Of a DNA stretch of 64,000 nt, positions 22,889 through 37,676 are shown piece by piece. Below the pieces are notes generated by a model, which had not been told where the DNA came from, did no database searches, and saw nothing but the letters and a program-made list of their open reading frames with translations. How positions within the stretch are numbered: position 1 is the first letter of the stretch; each line of letters begins with the position of its first letter. Made by a program: the position numbers and the translations under genes. The stretch is from Peribolospora baueri. Taxonomy: Eukaryota. The DNA is taken from positions 248,001-312,000 of the forward strand of contig JAMDHS010000013.1 in assembly GCA_029717555.1 (NCBI GenBank). The letters are read 5' to 3'.

Positions 22889-25800
22889 ATGGCCCCCCTT
22901 TCCCCGTCTAGCCACCGCTTCCCTCCCGCCACCTCCATGTCCTCCTCGGGCCCCCTCGGCGCTCAGACTCCGGACGGCGACGAGAACGACAACGACAACG
23001 ACGACGACGACGACGTCGACGTCGAGCCGCTCGTCGACCTTGGCGATTCGACTGCTGCTTCCCCCGCTCCCACCCTTCACACGCCCGATCCTCATCTCCT
23101 CTTGGCATTGCCCGACGAAGGGACCCCTGGACGTCTCCAACGTCCTCGCCGTATCAGTTCACCCGTCACCCCCGGCCAGGGCACAGACAAGCGTCGCCTC
23201 GCGGGAAGGATGCTGTCCGAAGGCGCCGGCGGGGACGAGGACGCTGTGGATGACGCCTCTGTCACCGATGCCGGCTTCTCCACGCCCGGCCGCGGAGGCG
23301 ATCGCGTTCGTCGTCTCTCTTTCAAGAAGCGCCGCGCTCCCTCCCGGTCTTTCGCCTCCAACCTCGGCAACCGAGCCAGCCGGCTCCTTGAACGGGCGAG
23401 CTTTGGTACGTTGGGCAGGACGCGCAGCCAGGGGTCTCCCAGGCCGAGCTTCAACGAGGGCATGGACTGGCGGGCTGTCGTTGGGAGCCCCATGAACGAG
23501 AGGCCTCCGATCCCCAGCTTGATCCCCAACGCGAACGCTCCGCCCTTCTCCAACCCCATCCCGACTTTGCCGCTGGTGGTGCTTTGTATCGTGAGTGGCG
23601 CGATAGGGGGCACAAAGAACGCCTGCTGGCGGGCGTTAAGGACGATTCTGGCCTGCGCTCACCTCACCCTTTGCTTCCTCCGTCCCTTTTCAGACGATCT
23701 TTGGCGAGTTCTGTTCGGCTGGTGTGGCGGGACCGTTCATGTTTTTCATGATCAAGGACTTTGGCGTAGGCAACGGCACCGGCCCAGATGGTACGGACGA
23801 CGAGGCGGCCGTCGGCTTTTGGGCCGGCATCACCGGTGCGTACTCCCGCCTCCATGTCCGCTGGCCGTTCAGGCGAGCGTGTTCAAAATCTCATTGGCCT
23901 CGCTTCGTCTCCTTCTGTCGCTCCAGGCTCCGTCTTCTTCTTTGCCCAGTTCCTGACCTCCCTTCTTTGGGCCTCCGTGGCCGAGAAGCACGGTCGTCGG
24001 GCGGTTCTCTTCGTCTCCCTGCTGGGAAACGCTACGACCGTTCTCATCTTCGGCATGAGCACCAACCTCGGCATGGCCATCACCGCTCGCCTCGCCCAAG
24101 GGCTTTTCAACGGCGCCGTCGGCGTGGCCAGAGGAGCGGTTAGAGATCTCACCGATTCGACCAACGAGGGCAGGGCATACGCTATCCTGGGGTAGGTGAT
24201 CGGCGCCGTCGTTGGAGCCTGGGCGATCTGCAAACCGACCATTCTGTCTTCTGTCTCTCAGATTCTGCTGGGGTATGGGCGGTATCATGGGCCCGATCAT
24301 GGGTGGCCTTTTGGAGTGCGTATCGAAAGCCCCTTTTTCATGACGTTCGTCTTGAGGTCGATTTTGATCGGTCGTCCTCGGCTCATTTTCATTTTTTGCA
24401 CACTAATTTTTTTTCCCTTTCCGGGTCTTACAGGCACCCTGCTGAGAACTATCCCGGTCTGTTCGGACGCACCGAGTTGCTCAAGACGTATCCCTACGTT
24501 CTTCCCTGCGCCATCTCGTCCGCCATCGTCTTCGCTGGCGCTTTACTCTGCTGTTTCCTCGGGTACGATGGCGGCGTTCGGACCGGTGCGATTCACCTCC
24601 CAATCGAGAAGGACAACGTCGAGCGTGCAGTCAGTGCAGCGGGCAGCATCAGGCGCAAGGTGTCGAAGAGGCTGAGTGGTTATTTCGTGAAAGGCGGCAA
24701 AAGGACCGATGGGGAGGCCACGCCGTTCAATCTTGATACCAGGCCAGGCAGCGCGGCCTACAGTCCCTTGTCCATGGCAAGGACGGACACTCGGGAGGAG
24801 GTCACCGGCACGCCTGCCAGCCAGCATACCGTCCTGACCCGGACGGAAGACCCCACTTTGGAGGCTCACGGCGGCCGGGGCCGGCACTATTCGTTCGTGT
24901 CGCGAACATCAGCTCGTCATCGCGGCATCCTCGGAGAGGGCTCGGCGTACGGCTACGAGCCGAGGCGCTCGGTCAATTTTGGCCGAACTTTCAGCCAATC
25001 CAGTCTGAGCCAGGGCCTGCATCGCAGGGACACCGGACAGTCCATCTACCGTGACCCACGTCGGGTCAGCTTTATGAGCACCGACCCGTACGCGCCTGAT
25101 ATCGAAGACGTCGAGCGCCGGGAGATGGCACGCCAGCAGCCGCAGAATCTCAACTTTGCACAACGCTTCCTTCTCGCCAACGACGACAACGTCTTCTCCA
25201 TCACCGACCTTTGGGTCTCCGCCGCGATCAACAACGACGAGGGATATGAGTACAGAATCGAGGATGAAGAGGTGTTCGACGACGAGACTGAAGACGACAG
25301 GGACGACGACGACGATTACTTCGATCGTCAGACCCTGGACGCGGACGACGATGATCCATTTGTCGGATCTACCCCCACCGACCTCTCTCCGCTGGGTCAC
25401 CGGCTGCCCGGCAACGCCGTATCCAGGCGCGATCGGCTTCCCTCCGCATCATCTAACTCTGCCTTGAACGCTGGATCACGCGCAACCTCACGTCGCAGGT
25501 CCTTCAGCCCAAACAATGCGCGGCGGCCATCGGCCTCAGCCGGCGGACTCGGACTCCACGTTCCACGACCTGGAATGATGAGACGCACGTCCAGCACGAG
25601 CAATCGCATTCCCAGCATTTACGCCAACACGGGCTTGCAAACTCCTTCAGGTGGCGTGCCCACGGCGACCGCCCCTGGTTCGCCTGCGGCTGGCTCGCTG
25701 GGCGCCGGAGGGTTTGAGCGCGATCCGCTCAGCCTAGCGCCAGGGCTGGGCGTGATCGAGGAGAGCAGACCTGGGATGAGGCTGCCGAGCGGGGAGGTCT

Positions 25801-26964
25801 CCGAAACCAGTCAATGCACGGGTCGCGCGGCCTCGGAGGCGACACAGAGACAAGGAGCGACGGCGGCGGCGGCGGTGGAGGAGAAGAAGCCCCCGAGTCC
25901 GTTCAGCCTCTTGCCGTTGAACGTGATCGCTCATTTCGGCTTTATTGGGTTCATCTCGACCGTGTTCGATCAAGTGTTCATGTGAGTGCATGCGGTGTCG
26001 CCGAACTCGTGGTCAGACGGGGCTCGTCCTGACCCCCTCCCGTCCCGCGTTCGATCATTACGCGCTCGCGCAGGTCTTTCCTCGTCACCAACTATGCCGC
26101 TGGCGGATTGCAGCTCACGGCCGCACACTATGCCGAGCTCATCGCCGTGAGTAAACCCGGTGTGTGAAGAGCAGCGCTCAGTGCGGGAAGAAACTGATCC
26201 GATCCGACATTGCGTGCGTTCCCCTGCAGTGCATGGCCTTCGCGCAGATGTACTTCCAGTTCCGCTTCTATCCCAAGGTCGGCCCCCCTCAGGGCCCGTT
26301 GTCGCACTTGTCGATGTATCGCATTGGCCTGGCCGCGTACGTGCCTTGCTATCTCTTGTTCCCCTTCCTGCGCGCCTTCCTCCACCCGGTGAGTTTCGGT
26401 CGTTTGCGGGCTGCCTTCGACGTCATCGATGCTGAACGGCCTTTCATGTCCTTACGCCTCCCCGGCCACGCAGCACACCGACTTCTTTGTCATGACGGCC
26501 ATGATCTTCTTCACCGCGATCCGCTACTTCAGCAACGTCTGCGCCTTCACCGCCATCACCGTGCTCATCAATGCTCAGACGCCACCGCATCTCATCCCTC
26601 TCGCCAACGGACTCGCTCAGACCGTCAGCTCGGCGGCGAGGTTCGTCGGCCCGATCCTGGGAGGAATGGTGTGTTGGCATCCCCTTCCTGTTGTTGAAGT
26701 GGTGCACAAGCGCTGACGGTGACGGTGATTTGGCTTCTTTCTTTGCCTTGATAGGTTTGGGCATACAGTATCGAGGGTGGCCCGGACGGCAGACCGTTTC
26801 CGTTCAACTATTATCTAGGCTTCTACACGTGAGCGCTGACCGCCCTGTTCCTCGCCTTGTCCCTCTCGACGCGAAACCTAGACGCTCACGTCCCGCTCCT
26901 TTTCATACGCAGCGTCGCCCTGCTGTCCTTCATAGCGCTCGTACACAGCGTCGTGCTACGATGA
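22889..26964 (+). CDS. MFS transporter (YCR023C/ZIFL-like) with a very long central cytosolic loop
   Basis: TM segments with GFWAGITGSVFFFAQFLTSLLWASVAEKHGRRAVLFVSLLGN, motif ARLAQGLFNGAVGVARG, GPIMGG; ~450-aa low-complexity loop; C-terminal TM bundle ..ANGLAQTVSSAARFVGPILGG..VHSVVLR*. Confidence 0.9.
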
Positions 26965-27275
26965 TGATGACCTTTCCCTCGCCCAACTCGGCGTCCGTCT
27001 CTAGTCTCCTCGATCCACCGGAGTTTCTTCTTGAACACTTGTGTACCCCTCTTCCCCTGTACAATCGATTCGTTATTTCTTATTTCTCCACCATCGCAGG
27101 TTCCGAATATCTGCATAGTAATGTGGCTTGGGGGAGAAAATAGCGCCGATGCGCCACGAGGCTATCGACCCAGTAGGGTAGGGCCAAGGTCGGGCGGGAC
27201 CCAGCTCGGAAGCCGACAATCGCACGACCGGGACCTGCTCGCAACAAGCGCCACCAGAGGGACGTCGTCCTTGAC

Positions 27276-30200
27276 ATGACATATATGTACAACGTAGCGG
27301 AGGTAGAGAAAAGGATTGGGCCGGAAGACGGATCTGTACGAGTGAAGAGGAAGTTGGGCGTCTTGAGTCTCACCCCGCCCATGTCTCGTGTCCTTTGGCC
27401 CTTGGCAACCCGGCTGCTCGGGACTTAAAGGCCCCATCGGCTTGTATCGATATGGGCTGTTCGGAAGTGCCCTTGTGCTCCACTCATCATCAACTCGGGT
27501 TTTTCGCCTGCTCCCCCCTCTCCCATGCCCTGCCTAATCATATTTTCTAGTCTTGCGACAGCTGCAGAAAATGACGCGCGAAATGTGACCTCCACTTGTA
27601 GCAAGATCGCAGCGCTGGGTGTACGAGGTGTAGAGAGAAGGGCCTGCAATGTGAGTAGATGGCGGCAAAGTGGCCCGGCCTCGTGTGGCGCTCCGGCCCA
27701 CCGCCGACGTACTTTTTTTCTGACCTCTGGCTCATATTCTGTTGCGGACGACAGGCACCGACGGCTACGTTCAAGGATTAAAGGATAGGAAACTCAACCG
27801 GACTGGCAAGCGGATCGAGTTAGCAAAGTGAGGGTCGCTGAAGACGTTACGATTCGCCATTCTCGATCTTCATCCTTCTGACCATGTTGACGACTGCCTC
27901 GCACGACCTGTGAACGACCATAGAGCGGCATATGGTGATCCTCGCACCTCGTCCTCGCACGGGCCACCTGTTGCCTCCCAGAAGACCCCCGAGCCCGGGC
28001 CTGGCATCGTTGTGACGCACCTCATGTCCCAGTTCGTCGACACGGACCTGGCTCGGAACGCGTTCAATGTGTCCTTCACCTCGCACCTCGTCAACAGCTA
28101 TTTCCACACCGCCAACTTACAGTTCCCCATCGTAGACCGGCGCGCCTTCTACGAAACTTTGGCCGCGGCTCAGTACCAACCCACCAAGATGAAAGGACAC
28201 GGACCGGTCCTCGTGGCCACCATGCTGGCATGGGGTACCAGGTTTACGGACACGCCGATCGTGTTCGATAACAGCATCTTGGCGAAAACCACCGGCTCTT
28301 CGGGCCCCGGATCGAAACCCGATTATGGCTTGGCGCGGGAAGGGTTCTGTTGAAAAATGCTTAAACAAGCACTCGATTTTGCTGACAGGAGGGGGATCAT
28401 GCGGTGAGCACGGGACCTTGCCAAACCGTGCGCTCCCTCTTCCTTGCAGCTGGTTGAACGTCCTCCGAATTTCTTCGCCCTTGTCCCTTTTTGACGCACG
28501 GCCCCGCATTCGCAGGGATCCAACCCCAGAAGGCGTCCAAGCTCTCATGATCCTCGCTATCCTCGTCAACGACCCGTCTCAGTCCGTCCTCATCAACTCG
28601 ATCGCCTGGGAGCAGGTGACGGCGCTGCACTTGGATAACTATGTGGACCTTGGAGGCAGCGAGGTGGAGAAGGTGGACACCGTCTTGTCGAAGATTCGTT
28701 CCAAAAGGATTTTTTGGTGTGCCTGGATCAAGTGAACTCCTTGCCTGGTCGGGCGTCACAGCACATCATCAGATTGTTAAATTGCCCGGCTTGCCGACTG
28801 GCCTTGTGTCATGCTCCTCTTTCCACGGGTACTCCCGCAGTGATGCGATGAATTCTTACGCCTTGCGGCGTCCACCTTACTTGTGCGTACCCATATCCCA
28901 GTCTCCTTTTTTTGTCTCGTCCTGGACGTTGATGGCCTCACCCTGCGGACGTCCACAGCGATTGCGAGAGTCCAGTCCTCGTCGCCCCCGAAGTTTTCCC
29001 CCTGCCGATGGAAATCACTGGACAGGACGCAAACTCGAGTCCCACTGAGGCGATCATGGGCATCAACAAAGACATCCAGCTCACCTCGGATGCGGGCACC
29101 ACCTTTCTCATCATCGGCTTTCCCCAGATCGGTATGATCGCCCGTTTCATAGGCAAGCACATCACCAGCACGCCCCTTTTACGGACCGTTCGGCCTAGCG
29201 GTGGGATAGAGGTGACCCAGGCGAGGGAGCTGGTGAAGACATGCGCACAGGCCTGGGAGTATTTGGAGACTTGCTAGTGAGCTTGGCCGAACTGGACCGC
29301 ATCGTCTTCTGTCCGCTCGTCTTGACCCTGACATCGTATGTCGATCGATCATTCTCTGCAGCACTTTCTTCGACCGATGTGTCGTTCTTGCTCGACCTCA
29401 CATACACAAATTGGTCCCCATGACGCCCGTGTCCTATATTGGTGAGTCGCAAGCATATGTACACATGCTCTCTCTCCGATCTGCAGCTAACTGGTGACCA
29501 CGTCTGATCGGCCGGCGCGCAACAACTGGAATTAAATCGTGCCAGACATCCCTCTACATCGTCACCCACCTCATAATTGAAGAAATCTTCACCAAGAACG
29601 TTCTCGACCGATCAACGGCGTCCGTCCGCCGCTCCGTCCCTACGGCGGCCGGTTTGGGCGATACTTCGCAGGACGAGGCGACGGCGTTGCTCACGAGCGA
29701 TACTCGTCGCATCACACGCTCTTGTCGGTCAGGAGGATGGCCAAACTGGTCTCCCTCCTCCTCCCCACCAAATTCCTTCGCTCCGGAGGACAAGTGATTC
29801 GCAACATCATCACCCACGTCGCCGTCTGGGTCGCGCACATGCCGACGAGGGAGAGTGGCGCGGCGTGGGTGCAGCGCAAAGGTTTGGCGACGGAGGACTG
29901 GACGTGGGAAACGAAATGCCGCGAGGTGGGATGGTTGCTGGAGGGGATGGGAGGTGAGCAGCTCGGGTGCTGTTGGGGCATCATCGGGGAGATGGTGACC
30001 CCAGGTGAAAGGGATCCTGAAGAGTGTCGAGGAGAGGGATACCGGGAGGCTCAGGGCCGCTGCTGCCGCCAGCGCCGCCGTTTCGGGCCCTCCTGTCTCT
30101 TCACTCGCGGGCGCCACGTCGACAGGCGCAGGCCGTCAAGCCGACCGTCACTACCACGGTGGGCGAAACGCGCTGCAGGACGATGGGTTCTCTTTCTCGA

Positions 30201-30352
30201 CCACCGCGGTCAATCTTCCAGACACGATGTTGCTGCCTCCTGCCATGTCGGCCCGCGTCCGAGCCGAGCTGCAGAAGAACCCCATGTTCGATGGTTCGCC
30301 CGGTTCGGACGCGGCCCTGTCTTCTTCTTTGGACGGCGAAAGAGTCGTTTAG
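27276..30352 (+). pseudogene. Disabled Zn(II)2Cys6 transcription factor with fungal TF middle domain
   Basis: The Zn cluster reads SCDSCRK*RAKCDLHL*QDRSAGCTRCREKGLQC (TGA 27572, TAG 27599). A further TGA at 28351 lies within EGFC*KMLKQALDFADRRGIMR. Apparent frameshifts at ~29713 and ~30001, and a CAA in place of a CAG acceptor at 29520-22. Confidence 0.8.
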
Positions 30353-31004
30353 GTCTCGTCCTCCCTCCGTCGCGTGTGCCCCATGTGCGGCGCCCTATTC
30401 TTCCCCGCTCATCGTTCTTTTCCAAGCCGGCGGCGTCGTCGTCCCTGCACGTGTACCCATTGTACTTGATCACCCACCCCTTCTGTGTACCCCTCGTATT
30501 GTAGCTGGGAGCTGCCTGTGTTTGTTCCGTTGGCTTAGTCATCATAGTCGTCATCGTTCTGGTATCTTCTGTGATCGACCAGGCGCGCAGTTAGGCGGCG
30601 CTGCGCACGTCTCTCGCACGCGGACCCACACCGTCACTGGTGCCCGCCCCGCTGGCGGCGAGGCTGGACAGGCCGGAAGAGGGATCGTCGACGTTACCAC
30701 CACCTCCATTCCCACCACCACCTACCCACTTCACCACGCATCCTTCTATACACGAGTGAGTCCATACAGCGCTCGACTCGCCTCTTCTTGCTTCTCGAAC
30801 GCGCCGCCCCCAGCCAGGCGAGGCGGGCGCGTTCGTTGATCGGAAGCCGATCGTCCTTTTTTTCTTTTTTTCCGTTTCTTCCTCGTGCCCACTTCCTTTG
30901 TCCGTTCACCAACTCGCTTCGCGTCACGCTTTGACTTCGCTCGCGCTGCTCGTCTCGTCTAGATCTGCTCCCATCCCTGACCCCTCTGCTGCCCGCTCCT
31001 TCCC

Positions 31005-31619
31005 ATGTCTTTCGCTCGTCGCTTCCTCTCCACAGCTTCAACGGCCATGTCCAACGTCTTCTTCGACATCGTGAGTCCCCATTCCATCTCCTGCTGCCCT
31101 CCTCGTGCAGAGACGCCGCTCGCTCACCTCTCCCGTCTTTCACCACAGTCCTCCAACGGCCAGCCCCTCGGCCGCGTCACCTTCAAGGTGCGTGTTCACG
31201 TTTTCAGCCCTCGGTCGCGCACGTTCTGAAGCGAATCGACGTGTGACCACGTGGGCCGGCCACTTGCTGTCCCTCTCGGCATCCACGATTGGAGTTGCTC
31301 ACCTCGAGTTTCGCAATCTTGCTTGATGAATTAATTGACTTTCGCACATCCAACAGCTCTACGATGACGTGAGTATTGGCTTTTCCTGCTGATCTGCTGA
31401 GAAGGTCACCCGCATGCTGACGAGCTCTATTCTCCCACACTACGTGATCAACCATTCAGGTCGTGCCTCAGACCGCGAGGAACTTCCGTGAGCTCGCCAC
31501 CGGCCAGCACGGCTTCGGCTACGAGGGCTCCAGCTTCCACCGTGAGTTTCTGTCCCCGAGGCCATGCCTTCTTCTTCCCCTCGCTCACCGGACCTCTACC
31601 ATCGATCGAATCCTTAGGC

Positions 31620-31652
<33 letters not shown>

Positions 31653-32265
31653 TTCACCCGCGGCAACGGCACTGGCGGCAAGTCGATCTACGGCGAGAAG
31701 TTCGCTGACGAGAACTTCCAGATCAAGCACACCAGGCCTTTCCTCCTCTCGATGGCTAACGCTGGCGTGAGTCCTGACTCTTGTCGTCGTCCGACGAGAG
31801 CCCGCAGGTCGGCCGACTGCTCAAGAGTTTCTCACCTGTTTACGATAACTGCCCCCCTCCGCTCTGTAGCCCAACACCAACGGCAGCCAGTTCTGTGAGT
31901 CTTATTACCAAGTCTCCACCGATAAGTTCTCCTTGATCTTCACCTTATTTACTGACCTCGACCCGTTTGACCTTGCCGTCGGCTCTGCTTCCGATTCTTT
32001 CAGTCATCACCACTGTCCCCACCAGCTGGCTCGACGGCAAGCACGTCGTCTTCGGCGAGGTCGTCGAGGGCGTTGACGTCGTCAAGCAGAGTGAGTAAAA
32101 AGATGTGGCCGTGTCGTTTTTGAGGACAGCCACCATGGGTCCAGGTCTGACATGTCCTTACGCACTGTGCTCTTCACGCCATCCCCGTCCGTAGTCGAGG
32201 GTCTCGGCTCCCAGAGCGGCAAGACCAAGGCGAACGTCAAGATCGAGCGCTCTGGCACCCTCTAA
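31005..32265 (+). CDS. CPR1: Cyclophilin A-type peptidyl-prolyl isomerase with optional mitochondrial presequence
   Basis: [22 protein letters not shown]|..[90 protein letters not shown]; 12-nt micro-exon at 31357-31368. Confidence 0.96.
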
Positions 32266-33412
32266 ATTCGGACCGGTTGTCAGCCTGTCGGCCTGATGCG
32301 CGGATGACCAGGATATCGTATTCCTTTCGTTTCAACCTCTGTCCACTCCGTTGGGCTGTTTCTCGCTCTCAGTCGTTTAGTCGTAGCGGTCTCTGCCGGA
32401 TGACCGTCGAGTGGACGCTGCATATAGAGCGAGGAAGGTCCGATGACGTCGAATGAAATTGAATCCCAGCGTGACTTGGGCGTCTGTGTGGCGGAGTGGG
32501 GCGACGGGGCAAAGGTGACGTCCGTGCCGGGTTCGAAGCCGACCGTCGTGGTCATGGTTAAGGCCGCTCACGTGGAGGTGAGAAGCGTGGGACGGAATAT
32601 GTGTGAGTACGCCCATCCGACAGGCAGCCGGTCAGGCGTGTGTGCATTCCTTTTTCGATCGGTAGCACCTACCACTGCCTCCGGAGACAAACCTATACGC
32701 GAGGCAGGAGGCGAGCTTGTCAAAGTGCCCGAGGATTCCGTCATGTGCTTGATCCACGGGTGGGTGCCTGCCGTATGCGCCGGCGGCAGAGGGGCGCACG
32801 CTGAGCTTGATGAGATGTATAGATGTCGAGTAGCGCTGCGAGGAAGTAGGCTTTGCTTCAAGACGACGAAGGAATTTGAGGTACGTCGTCCTCCTCCTCG
32901 TCCTCGTCCTCGTTCGTCGCGGTTCCATTTCCTCATCATCGCATCGCAGTGGTGCGGGAGAGACAAGACAGACAGACTGACATCACATCGACGATGACAA
33001 AGACCGAGTCGGCCGAGACGAACGAGGCAAGCCGATGAGACAAGATCAGCGTCCGTCCTCCACCTCCACCGACGAACACCAACCATCTCGTCCCCGTTTC
33101 CGTTCGCCGCCGAAGGCTCGTCCTAGAGCGGTCCTAGAGCGGTCGCACCGGTTCGGAGGACGAACCACCTCCACTCTTCGGCTTGCAGAGCTCGACGACG
33201 GATGAGATAGGAAAGATCGATCGACGAAACCGCTGGCTGGTGAAGGGACGGGACGGAGACAGACATGAATGAAAAATGGGCTCGTCCCTCCCAGATGCCC
33301 CTGCCCATCCCGCTCACCTCCTTTCTCTTTTCCTGCCTTGTGCGTCCTTCTCGCTCACCCACCCATCACTTTCCCGACAGCTTCCTGTTTCGATTTTGTA
33401 AGGCTCGCAGGC

Positions 33413-34938
33413 ATGGCTGACGCCCTCAAGAATATGGTCAACAAGGTTGCCGGCAAGGACGACAAGAAGCTCATCCTCGTCACCGGCGTGTCCGGCTTCC
33501 TCGGGGCACATGTGTGAGCAGCAGTGGCGATTTCTCGATGGGCCCTGCCAGCCAGGTACCAATCACGTCGAGCCAGAACTCTTTGTTGATTTTACCCTCC
33601 TTCCCCATCGCCTTCTCGCTTCGCTACAGCGCCCTGGCCGCCCTCCAACGCGGTCACACCGTGCGCGGCACGGTCCGCTCCGACGCGAAAGCGCAAGCCG
33701 TCAAGGCATCTCCGCATTTCAAGAAGTACTCCGAGGCGGGCAAGCTCCAATTTGCGATCGTCGACGACATCGCCTACGGTGACCTGTCCCAGGCCATCGC
33801 CGGCGTCGACGCCGTCGCCCACGTAGCCTCGCCCTTCCACTACAGAGGCGAGGACTACGAGCGCGACTACTATACGCCCGCCAGGGACGGCACGCTGAAC
33901 GCCTTGAAAGCCGCCGCCCAGGAGCCCAAGGTCAAGGCCTTGGTCGTCACCAGTTCGTTCGGCGCCGTGGGCGACTTTTTCAACGAGTATGACATAAAGT
34001 CGCCCCTCAACGGTATGATCTACACGGAGAAAGACTGGTTGCCCACGACACCGGAGGTGTGTTAATAGCTCGTCCGACCCGACTGACCGACCGTGTGTTG
34101 ACCCTCCACGTATCGCCTCTCGTCCCTCTTTCCTTTCCGCATAGCGAGCCGCCGTCACGCCCATGCAGGGCGAAGCGTACTGCTACTCGAAGAAGCTGGC
34201 CGAACAAGCGGCGTATGACTTTGCACGAGAGAACAAAGTGTCGTACAAGGTCTCCACGATGTGCCCTCCCATGGTCTTCGGACCGGTCGTGCACCCGCTC
34301 TCCAACTTGTCCTCCATCAACGAGTCTAGCACGGTCGTCTTGGATATCATCAACGGCTCCCCGCCGCCCACGAGCTTCCCGGCTTACGCGGACGTGAGAG
34401 ATGCCGCTCTCGCTCAGTGAGTGCCGCTTGATTTCGCCCTTTCCCTTTCCACCCCGGGCACACGCGTCATCGCGAGCTTAAGCCTAACCCCTCCCTTTCC
34501 ACCCATCCCGTCCCGTCCCGTCCCGCCCCGTCCCCAACAGCGTCCTCGCCCTCGAGCAAGAAGCCGAGGGCCGCTTCCTCATCAACAATGGCCCGTGGGA
34601 CACGCAGCTCATCGTTGACTTTATCCGCAAGACCTACGGCGCCAAGGCGGCCAACATTCCCGCCGGCGAGCCTGGACAATAGTAGTGTTCCCTTTTTCCC
34701 GCTCCTTACTTCCTGCCAGAAGAGATGGATGTGTCTCGCTGACCATCCGTCCTCGTCGGCCCTTCCCTCTCCAATCCACGTCCATTCTCCGAACAGCTTA
34801 ACGGCCAACCCGAAGCTTTACAAGCTCGACGCCTCGCGCTCCGAAAAGGTCCTCGGCCTCCACTATCGTCCGTTCGAGGAGACGTTCAAGGACGCCGCCG
34901 ATAGCCTGTACGCCCTGAAAGAGGTCGTTCCTAACTGA
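33413..34938 (+). CDS. NAD(P)H-dependent aldehyde/ketoreductase (extended SDR, Gre2/aldehyde reductase II-like)
   Basis: ILVTGVSGFLGAH Rossmann motif, VRGTVRS, AVAHVASPF, VVTSSFGAV, catalytic YCYSKKLAE, MCPPMVFGP, ADVRDAA, DASRSEKVLGLHYRPFEET. Confidence 0.92.
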
Positions 34939-35441
34939 GGATGGCTGTTTGCTCGCTCGCTCCGTTGGACAAGGAAGCGTCCTATGATCCTTGTGGCTGA
35001 TACATGTATGGTAATCGGAATCGGAACATCTCGACCTCTTTTTTTTTAAGTCGCACGCACGCTTTCAACAATTCTGAACGACGCATGGTTTGCTAAGACA
35101 TCATCCATCGTTCAAAGTCGGCGTGACGTGACGCCACCCGGCGAACGGCCGACCGAGGTAATGAACGCAAACGGACGGTCGAACGCTCCTTCCCAGACAT
35201 CGACGCTTCATCTACCACAAGACGATGGAAAGGAAGTGGATACACTATACTCTGGACATACGTATTTTGTACAGTTTCCTTACTATGATAAAGTTTAACT
35301 TAACTCCTCCCCCCCTTCCCTCTTATTTATGATAAGCAAGCTTGCTATGCAATTCACCCAATTTCGGGACTAGATTTATTTTATAATCCTGCTCGCTCCC
35401 CGCCCATTCCGTTCTCCAGTTCCCTCGGACGAACCCGCGTC

Positions 35442-37423
<1,982 letters not shown>

Positions 37424-37518
37424 GAGGATACGGAACGGACCAGTCGTCCTTCTTCTTCCTTTCCCGCCCGGCTCCCTGGAAGACATCTCATGAAAGATAC
37501 TGATCGGAGAGTGATCAA

Positions 37519-37545
37519 GTCACGTGATCCGCCAATTTTTTTTGG
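37519..37545. promoter_or_regulatory. Bidirectional promoter elements between TGS1 and La (GTCACGTGA plus AATTTTTTTT tract)
   Basis: gtcacgtgatccgccaatttttttttgg sits centrally in the ~250-bp divergent intergenic region. Confidence 0.4.
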
Positions 37546-37676
37546 GCGGGCCTGCCTTCTCTGCGAGAGTCGTACATCATTTGCATCACCATCAACGCCG
37601 CAAAATCTGCTTTCACGTTACCTTCCTGTTCTCCATCTTTCTTCCCTTTCCATTCTCATTCCCTAATTTCACAACA

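Noticed and set aside
27551..28353. Selenocysteine, alternative genetic code or A-to-I stop-codon repair in the Zn cluster gene
   Set aside because: The stops fall at Arg/Gln-like rather than Cys positions, both TGA and TAG occur, neighbouring genes use TGA and TAG as normal stops, and frameshifts co-occur.
32280..33120. ORFs 32443-32997(+) and 32568-33086(-)
   Set aside because: No recognisable domain or coherent splice pattern; treated as intergenic/UTR.
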